From Chiloscyllium plagiosum (Eukaryota), in assembly GCF_004010195.1 (NCBI RefSeq), contig NC_057719.1:597593-641863 (forward strand): a DNA stretch of 44,271 nt, given 5' to 3'. Below the pieces are notes generated by a model, which was not told the DNA's origin, did no database searches, and saw only the letters and a list, made by a program, of their open reading frames with translations. Both the position numbers and the translations under genes were made by a program. Of this stretch, positions 35,901-44,271 are shown piece after piece. The stretch's first letter is position 1, and each line of letters begins with the position of its first letter.

Positions 35901-36562
35901 TGACTGGTGAACAGGACTCTGTACAAGTTGCCATTCAGGCATTGGATGAGTTTCAATATTTAAGATACAAGTGAAAGTGGATGGTACAGAGTGTACTGTG
36001 GTCGTGAATTTCTGATTTAACAAAGACATTGATAAGGGTTTGAGCAGCAGAGGAGCTGAGGTAGAGGCAGTAACTGGTGATGTTACAGGTTGGAAATGGG
36101 TGGTTTTAATCTTCAACGGATATGTGTGTGAGCATTCGACCCGGTTCAAATGAGAGGCAAAGGTTGCAAAATATTTGGCTGAGCTGTTGCAGGGGTAGGG
36201 AAGGAGTTAGTAGCTAAGGAACAGAGTTTAGACAGAGGCTGAAAACAACGGCCTGTCTTTCTTATCTTTCATTCCTGGGAATTACTGCTCCTCCAACACT
36301 GGACGTTATCTGACAAGTCAGAGACAGTAGAGGAGTTCAGAGAGGGCAGTGAGTTGGAGCTGAGTGTGGACACTGTGCATTCAGATGGTGTCACTAGAGG
36401 GCAGTGTGTAGATGAGCAATCGGAGGGCCGAAGGATCAATTCTTGGTAAACACCAGAGATAGCTGTGTGGTGAGATATAAACATTGAGCAGGTAATGGTC
36501 TTTAATGTAACAAGATATTCTAATATGCTTCACAGGGAAAGGGTCGAATGAGAAGCAGGGTT

Positions 36563-36848
36563 CATAGAATCCCTACAGTGTGGAAACAGGACCCTCCGAC
36601 CCTCTGATGAGTAACCCACCCAGACCCATTTCCCTCTGACTAATGCACCTAACACTATGGACATTTTAGCATGGCCAATTCACCTAACCTACACATCTTT
36701 CAATTGTGGGAGGAAGCCAGAGCAAATCCACACAGACATGGGGAAAATGTGCAAACTCCACAAAAGGCAATTGTCCCAAGGTTGGAATTGAACCCAGGTC
36801 CGTGGCACTGTAAGGCAGCAGTGCTAACCACTGAGCCACCATGCCACC
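36563..36848 (-). mobile_element. HE1 (V-SINE)
   Basis: Matches 30246-30562. Confidence 0.85.
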
Positions 36849-36939
36849 AGTTCAGAATGAGAATTCCAGCAGGTACCACCTGTACAGCTGGAGATGAATA
36901 TTTGATATGGATTAGAGTTTCTGCTCAGGAGATAGGCTC

Positions 36940-37510
36940 ACCAATCCATGGGAATCCTGCGGCGAGTAACTCACCTCCTGAATCCCCAAAGCCTGTCCAC
37001 CATCGACACGGCATGTGATGGAATACTCCCCACTTGCCCTGGATGGGTTCAGCTCTAAGGAGCTCGATACCATCCAGGACAAAGCAGCCGCTTGATTGGC
37101 ACCACATCCACAAACACCCACTCCCTCCACCACCGACGCTCAGTAGCAGCAGTGTGTACCATCTACAAGATGCACTGCAGAAACTCACCAAAGACCCTCA
37201 GACAGCACCTTCCAAACCCACAGCCACTTCCATCTAGAAGGACAAGGGCAGGAGATACATGGGAACACCACCCCCTGCAAGTTCCCCTTCAAGCCACTCA
37301 TCATCCTGACTTGGAAATACATCACCGTTTCTTCACTGTCACTGGGTCAGAATCCTGGAATTTCCTCCCTAAGGGACATTGTGGGTCTACCCACAGCACA
37401 CGGACTGCAGCGGTTCAAGAAGGCAGCTCACCCCCACCTTCACAAGGGGGGCAACTAGGGACAGGAAATAAATGAAGCCCAAACAGTGACACCCATATCA
37501 CATAAATTAA
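36940..37510 (+). mobile_element. CR1-group LINE, second family, 3' fragment
   Basis: ORF 37092..37475 HSLHHRRSVAAVCTIYKMHCRNSPK. Confidence 0.8.
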
Positions 37511-37594
37511 TATTTTTAAAGTAGGATGAACAGTCAGTGAGTGAGGTAAGGGACCAGTCTGTGAGCTCACTCTCCAGGCTGTCAGGTGATGTAC

Positions 37595-37777
37595 CTGTAA
37601 CATGGTGCTCTGCTGCGTTGTCACCTCCTGCAGATGTGTCAGTTCTGTGGACAGGTGCTGAATCTTGGTGAAGACCTCGACCGTACAGATCGCCTCTGGC
37701 GTTATTCCCAGAGTCTCCTTACAGTGCTCCATCATACCAACAAGCTCCTTCATCTCCTCAAGGTTCTCCAGGATTAT
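37595..37777 (-). CDS. SYNE2: SYNE2 exon: IILENLEEMKELVGMMEHCKETLGITPEAICTVEVFTKIQHLSTELTHLQEVTTQQSTMLQ
   Basis: Acceptor tttcctgaatttag, donor CAG|gtacat, 183 nt, phase 0-0; overlaps ORF 37415..37753. Confidence 0.92.
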
Positions 37778-38043
37778 CTAAATTCAGGAAAGAAACGGTT
37801 TAAGAGAAGATGCAAAAGCACATCTGTGCATTTCACATTGATTACAGAAGCACTGGAAATACATGATCTAAATGGGGAAGAGCATTCAGAGGCCGATCAG
37901 GATTCAATGGCGAGACATTACCAGGTGCTGACCCATCACCAACAAGAGCAAACCAACACAATACACTCTATTGGCTTTAGGAGGAAATTGTATCAAATGT
38001 CAGGAACGTCAAAGACACTAATATGCAGGGACAATGCTGCTAC

Positions 38044-38166
38044 CTGTCTGTTCTCCAAATGCTCCACGATGGGGAGGTCACAGAGTTTAATGGAGGACAG
38101 GATGGTGTTGATCTTCAAAAGTTTATTTTCAATGTTCTTCACTTCGGATTCCAAATCACCAAGTTC
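38044..38166 (-). CDS. SYNE2: SYNE2 exon: ELGDLESEVKNIENKLLKINTILSSIKLCDLPIVEHLENRQ
   Basis: Acceptor ctctttctttgcag, donor CAG|gtagca, 123 nt, phase 0-0, open. Confidence 0.9.
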
Positions 38167-38283
38167 CTGCAAAGAAAGAGAGTAGGGAACGTGTCACGAC
38201 AGACATCACAAAGAGATTGTGGTGGTAAAAATGGGGTACAGTGCATCGGAGTTTACAGTGGGGTGTATCGGGGTTTACAGTGG

Positions 38284-38783
38284 NNNNNNNNNNNNNNNNN
38301 NNNNNNNNNNNNNNNNNNNNNNNNNNNNNNNNNNNNNNNNNNNNNNNNNNNNNNNNNNNNNNNNNNNNNNNNNNNNNNNNNNNNNNNNNNNNNNNNNNNN
38401 NNNNNNNNNNNNNNNNNNNNNNNNNNNNNNNNNNNNNNNNNNNNNNNNNNNNNNNNNNNNNNNNNNNNNNNNNNNNNNNNNNNNNNNNNNNNNNNNNNNN
38501 NNNNNNNNNNNNNNNNNNNNNNNNNNNNNNNNNNNNNNNNNNNNNNNNNNNNNNNNNNNNNNNNNNNNNNNNNNNNNNNNNNNNNNNNNNNNNNNNNNNN
38601 NNNNNNNNNNNNNNNNNNNNNNNNNNNNNNNNNNNNNNNNNNNNNNNNNNNNNNNNNNNNNNNNNNNNNNNNNNNNNNNNNNNNNNNNNNNNNNNNNNNN
38701 NNNNNNNNNNNNNNNNNNNNNNNNNNNNNNNNNNNNNNNNNNNNNNNNNNNNNNNNNNNNNNNNNNNNNNNNNNNNNNNNNNN
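38284..38783. other. Assembly gap (500 N)
   Basis: N run. Confidence 1.
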
Positions 38784-38944
38784 ACTGTCAATGATTAAAA
38801 AAGAAAATGGGTTTTCAATTTCCATAGCACCTTTCACATCCACAGGAATAACTCCAATAGCTATAAATGTAGCCACCCATCTGCAGGAAATGCAGCAGCC
38901 AATTTGTGCACAGCAAGATCCCACAATCACAGTGTGATACGTTT

Positions 38945-39253
38945 TAGATTAGATTAGATTAGATTACTTACAGTGTGGAAACAGGCCCTTCGGCCCAACA
39001 AGTCCACATCGACCCGCCGAAGAGCAACCCACCCATACCCATTCCTCTACATTTACCCCTTACCTAGCACTCCGGGCAATTTAGCGTGGCCAATTCACCT
39101 AACCTGCGCATCTTTGGACTGTGGGAGGAAACTGGAGCACCCGGAGGAAACCCACGCAGACACGGGGAGAATGTGCAAACTCCACACAGAATTGAACCCG
39201 GGTCCCTGGTGCTGTGAGGCAGCAGTGCTAACCAATGTGCCACCATGCCACCC
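38945..39253 (-). mobile_element. HE1 (V-SINE) inserted in an older Deu-SINE
   Basis: (agatt)n tail, V-domain, tRNA-like head; Deu-SINE halves on both sides. Confidence 0.88.
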
Positions 39254-42200
39254 CACGATGACCTCTGACTAAATATTTACTTCTGTGATGTTGGCCAATG
39301 GACACACAATGACCAGGATGCAGGAGTGAACTCCCCACGCCTCCTCCACCCCAACACTCTGCTCTCACCAAAAGATGCAGATTGGGGCTCAGCTAAAATG
39401 TTTTGACTGCAAGATGGCACCTCAGACAGTGTGGCACTCCCCTCACAACCTCCCAAGCCTCTGGGTCACTGAGCTGAACCCAGAGACTGGATGGTACAGA
39501 TTCATGGAGTGTCAGCACAGGGAGACCGTGACATTGTGCATCGATAACAATGGGAAGTCAGCCTGCAGTTGTTGCTAGGCCATGACATTTCCTTTCAGAG
39601 GTGAGTGTGCTGCCCACTGACACAGTTGACCACCTGTCCTCCTGTAATACTCCTGCGCTACCATCCAGCTCTCCCATGGTTCCATGACTGGAGCCTGATC
39701 TTTCCCCAGGGTAGTGTGTCCACCTGCTCCTGCACTGGCTCCCCGTCTGTCCGGGTCTCTGTGGCAGTCTGATCACAGCAGCGCTGACTTACTCTCCAAC
39801 ACACACGGCATCTTCACGATTACAACCAGGAAGAGAACTCAGCTCGAGTACCAGCCTGTTCCAGGAAGACCAGATATCCAAACCTAACCTCACAATCCGT
39901 GCCCCAAACCAGTCAGCAGCAGCTACACTCACCGCGCGCACTCTCTCTCTCTCTCTCTCGAGCAGTCTGCATCGATGAGGAGACATGTCCAAATTGCCAG
40001 AGCAAGTGTACTTTTTGGCTGGCCTGGGACAGCAGGTTCGGGGTAAAGGGGGAGTGAGTGTGCTGACCAAACTGGACAGGCAGGAACACAGTCCAATCTG
40101 CTCCACACGTGCAAGACTTGGGCCATATGCCAAGACGGGAGGATGAAATACCCAATGGTCACTGTAGCCAGAGTACCAGAGCACCAGTCAGCACTGTGAA
40201 CTATCTGGGGAGCTTGAGCATGGCACGACCCTCATGGCTATTAAAGGAAAAACCACAAGGACACTGTCAAAAGTATTTATTTTCTCACTTCACTCTTGCT
40301 TTGTAAACAGAATAAAAGCGTTCTCCAAACCTTTCCTATTCATGGACTTATCCAAATGTCGTTTAAACATCGTAACTGTATCCATAGCCACCACTTCCTC
40401 TGGCAGTTTATTCCACACACGAAACATTCTGTGTGAAAAAAAGTTGCCCCTCATGTCCTTTTCAAATCTTTCTTCTCTCACCTTAAAAACCTTTTGAATA
40501 CCCCCACCCTGGGGAAAAGACCTTTGCTTTTCACCTTATCTATGGCCCTCATGATTTTATAAACCTCTATAAGGTCACCCTTCAACATCCTACACACCAG
40601 TGAAAAAAGTCCCAGCTGACACAGCCTCTCCTTATAAGTCAAACCCTCCATCCTGGGCAACATCCTGGTAAATCCTTTTTGAACTATATCCAATTTAATA
40701 ATATCCTTCCTATAGCAGGGCAATTGGAACCGTACACAGTACCCCAAAAGTGGCCTTATTAATGTCCTGTACAACCTCAACCTGACATCCCAACGCCTCA
40801 TCTTCTGCCTGGGAACCCTCCAACCACAAGGGACAAACTCGGATTTCTCCAGTTTCCTCATTTCCCCTCCCCCCACGCGAGCATTCTAAATGTCGTCTTA
40901 ACCACCCTGTTTACCTATCATGTAACTTCCAAAGAATTATGTACCTGAATCTCTAGGTCTCTCTGTTCTATAACATTACCCAGGGCCCTGCCATTAATTA
41001 TATAATTCATGGCCTTTGTTTCTTTTACCAAAATGCAGCACCTCGCACTTATCCAGATGAAACTCCATCTGTCACTCCTCAGCCCATTGACCCAACTGAT
41101 CAAGATCCCTTTGTAATCTCCGATAACCTTCTTCACCAACTTTGGTGTCATCTGCAAACTTACTCACCATGACTCCAACATTCTCAGCCAAACTGTTTAT
41201 ATAAAAGGACAAACAAAAGTGGATACAGGACAGATCCCTGTGGAACACTGCTGGTCGCTGATCTCCAGTCCGAAAAATACCCTTCCACCACTACTCTCTG
41301 TTTTCTATGATCAAGCCAATCAGTAATAACTCCATATTTATCCAAATGCGAGTAAATCCTGACCCTAAGAATCTTCTTCTATAATTTCCCTCGCACTGAT
41401 ATAAAGCTCACCAGCCTGTGATTTCCTGGATTATCCCTTAAACAAAGGGACAACGTTGGCCATTCTCCAGTCCTCTGGGACCTCTCCTGTAACTAAAGAG
41501 ATACAAAGATCTCATTCAAGGCCCCAGCAATTTCCTCAGCATTCTCAGGTAGATCCCATTGGGTCCTGGGGATTTGTCTACTTTAATGCCTTTCAGAGCA
41601 TCCAACACCTCCTCCTGTTTTATAATCGACGTGCCCAGGCATATCAATACACCCCTCCTGAGACTCATCATCCACCATGTCCTTCTCTTTAGTGAATGCC
41701 AATGCAAAGTACTCATGAAGGACCTCACCCACTTCCTTCAGCTCCCACTCATGAATTCCCTCCTTTGTTCATGATTGGACCTACCCTTCCCTAGCTACCC
41801 TCTTACTACTCGTTCCACCCCCCCCACTACTCTCTGAGTAAAGAATCTACCTCTGACATCTGTCCTATATCTATCACCTCTCAATTTAAAGCTATGTCTC
41901 CTCATGTTAGCCATCACCACCTGAGGGAAAAGGCTCTCCCTGTGCACCCTATCTGACCATCTTATTATCTTGTATGCCTCTATTAAATCACCTCTTAATC
42001 TTCTTCTCTCTAACAAAAACAGCCTCAAATCCCTCAGCCTTTCCTCGTAAGACCTTCCCTCCAAACCAGGCAACATCCTAGTAAATCTCCTCTGAACCGT
42101 GTCCAAAGTCAAGTCTCCACATCCTTCCTATAATGCAGTGACCAGAACTGTACACAATACTCAGAGTTTCAAAAACAGCCTCAAATCCCTCAGCCTTTCC

Positions 42201-42421
42201 TCGTAAGACCTTCCCTCCAAACCAGGCAACATCCTAGTAAATCTCCTCTGAACCGTTTCCAAAGTCAAGTCTCCACATCCTTCCTATAATGCAGTGACCA
42301 GAACTGTACACAATACTCATTTTGTAAACTGCAGCATGACCTCGTGGCTCCGAAACTCAATCCCTCTACCAATAAGAGCTAACACACCGTACGCCTTGTT
42401 AACAACCCTATCAATCTGGGT

Positions 42422-42556
42422 AGAAAGTGAGGTCTGCAGATGCTGGAGATCAGAGCTGAAAATGTGTTGCTAGAAAAGCGCAGCAGGTCAGGCAGCATCC
42501 AAGGAGCAGGAGAATCGACGTTTCGGGCATAAGCCCTTCTTCAGGAAGCCCTTCTT
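42422..42556 (-). mobile_element. Penelope terminal-repeat insertion within CR1, 14-bp TSD
   Basis: ctatcaatctgggt 42408-42421 and ctatcaacctgggt 42557-42570 (1 mismatch). Confidence 0.85.
42513..42548 (-). ncRNA. Minimal hammerhead ribozyme-like motif, intact core, sense to SYNE2
   Basis: Reverse strand reads CTGAAGA-A-GGGC-TTAT-GCCC-GAAA-CG-TC (42544 to 42517). Confidence 0.65.
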
Positions 42557-43723
42557 CTATCAACCTGGGTGGCAACTTTCAGGGATCTATGTACATGGAC
42601 ACCGAGATCTCTCTGCTCATCTACACTACTAAGAATCTTACCATTAGCCCAGTATTCTGTATTCCTGTTAGTCCTTCCAAAGTGATTCACCTCACACTTT
42701 TCCACATTAAACTCCATTTGCCACCTCTTAGCCCAGCTCTGCAGCTTATCTATGTCCCTTTGTTATCTACAACATCCTTCAACACCATCCAATACTCTAC
42801 TGACCTTAGTGTCATCCGCAAATTTACCAAACCATCCTTCTACGCCCTCATCCAGGTCATTTATAAAAATGACAAACATGTGGACCCAAAACAGATCCTT
42901 GCAATACTTCACTAGTAACTGAACTCCAGGATAAACATTTCCCATCAACGGCCACGCTCTGTCTTCTTTCAGCTAGCCAATTTCTGATTCAAACCGCTAA
43001 ATCACCCTCAATCCCATGCCCCTGTATTTATCAAACACCTTACTGAAATCCATATACACCACTTCAACCGCTTTACCCTCATCTACCCGTTTGGTCACCT
43101 TCTCAAAGAACGCAACAAGGTTTGTGAGGCACGACCTACCCTTCACAAAACTATGCTGACTGTCCCTAATCAAATTATTCCTTTCTAGATTATTGTAAAT
43201 CCTATCTTTTATAATCCTTTCCAATACTTTGCCCACAAAGTAAGGCTCACTGATCTATAATTACCAGGGCTGTTCCGACTCCCCTTCCTGGACAAGAGGA
43301 CAGCATTTGCTATCCTCCATTTGCTGAATTTCTATTCTTTGAGGGCTCCGTCTGTCTTCAGTCTCCTGAACCTCTACATGCCTCCTTCTTCTTTCTGATT
43401 AAGCTGTCAACCTCTTTTGTCATCCAAGGTTCCCAAATCTTGCCATCCTTCTCCTTCACTTTCACAAGAAGGTGCTGTAACTGAACTCAAATCAACTGGC
43501 CTTTCAAAGAATCCTGCATGCCAGATGTGGATTTGCCCCCCAAACAGCCGACCCCCCTTACATTCCCCAGTTCCTGCCTAATATTATGGAGGGCAAAGTC
43601 AGAAGTCACACAACACCAGGTTATGGTCCAACATTCGTCAGGTGAAGTCTGGCAAAGTGGCAAGGCTCCACAAACTTGTGATTTCAGATAAACCTGTTGG
43701 ATTGTAACCTGATGTCGTGTGAC

Positions 43724-44271
43724 TGAGAGAGAGAGCGAGAGAGAGTGCGCAAGCGAGAGAGAGGGAGTGAGAGAGAGGGAGTGAGAGAGAGGGAGCGAGA
43801 GAGAGGGAGTGAGAGAGAGGGAGTGAGAGAGAGGGAGTGAGAGAGAGGGAGTGAGAGAGAGGGAGTGAGAGAGAGGGAGTGAGAGAGAGGGAGTGAGAGA
43901 GAGGGAGTGAGAGAGAGGGAGTGAGAGAGAGGGAGTGAGAGAGAGGGAGTGAGAGAGAGGGAGTGAGAGAGAGGGAGTGAGAGAGAGGGAGTGAGAGAGA
44001 GGGAGTGAGAGAGAGGGAGTGAGAGAGAGGGAGTGAGAGAGAGGGAGTGAGAGAGAGGGAGTGAGAGAGAGGGAGTGAGAGAGAGGGAGTGAGAGAGAGG
44101 GAGTGAGAGAGAGGGAGTGAGAGAGAGGGAGTGAGAGAGAGGGAGTGAGAGAGAGGGAGTGAGAGAGAGGGAGTGAGAGAGAGGGAGTGAGAGAGAGGGA
44201 GTGAGAGAGAGGGAGTGAGAGAGAGGGAGTGAGAGAGAGGGAGTGAGAGAGAGGGAGTGAGAGAGAGGGAG
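43724..44271. repeat. (GAGAGAGGGAGT)n 12-mer array running off the window end
   Basis: About 43 nearly perfect copies. Confidence 0.97.

Larger units (their letters stand above)
5031..38166 (-). other. SYNE2: Internal portion of a nesprin-2 giant (SYNE2-like) gene; extends beyond both window ends
   Basis: Nine GT-AG exons splice in frame into a coiled-coil/spectrin-repeat protein whose order and motifs match my recollection of human nesprin-2 (ESEVK, ILEN..VF..VT.Q, LE.WL..MHQDVEEHL, L.EIE.KV, P.LSRQ..QQQ) better than nesprin-1. Confidence 0.85.
40310..43585 (-). mobile_element. Cluster of CR1 LINE fragments (at least two elements) with nested Penelope pieces
   Basis: VDKSPGPNGIY, FINDLDEGVEGWFGKFADDTK, SQHSFVKGRSCLTNLVAFFEKVT..VYMDFSKVFDK, ERRRLRGDLIEAYK; Penelope scrap at 40792-40875. 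Confidence 0.92.

Noticed and set aside
5031..38166. Assignment to SYNE1, dystrophin or another spectrin-repeat gene
   Set aside because: Recalled motif order and the short linker fit SYNE2 better; a BLASTP of the joined exons would settle it
38023..38937. ORFs of 185-304 aa
   Set aside because: Artefacts of translating through the 500-N gap; same for ORFs spanning 5198-5369

Overview
Vertebrate genomic DNA, almost certainly from a cartilaginous fish. The repeat set (HE1/V-SINEs, HER1-type CR1 LINEs, Deu-domain SINEs, Penelope fragments) is typical of sharks. The whole window lies inside one large minus-strand gene: nine well-supported phase-compatible GT-AG exons (38166 to 5031, about 415 codons, plus one tentative exon) encode spectrin-repeat and linker segments that I recognise as the central rod of nesprin-2 giant (SYNE2). 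Introns are mostly decayed retroelements, satellites and three assembly gaps; almost all ORFs in the track are spurious or TE remnants. The most interesting signal is a set of short Penelope-derived insertions, several with 12-15 bp target-site duplications and head-to-head inversions, that carry minimal hammerhead-ribozyme cores with a loop-less palindromic stem III (the dimer-type architecture) in three sequence families. Also notable: candidate internal alternative first exons of SYNE2, and a 33-bp minisatellite with a 13-unit higher-order period that appears to derive from a Deu-SINE core. Homology calls are from recall and were not searched; repeat boundaries are approximate.
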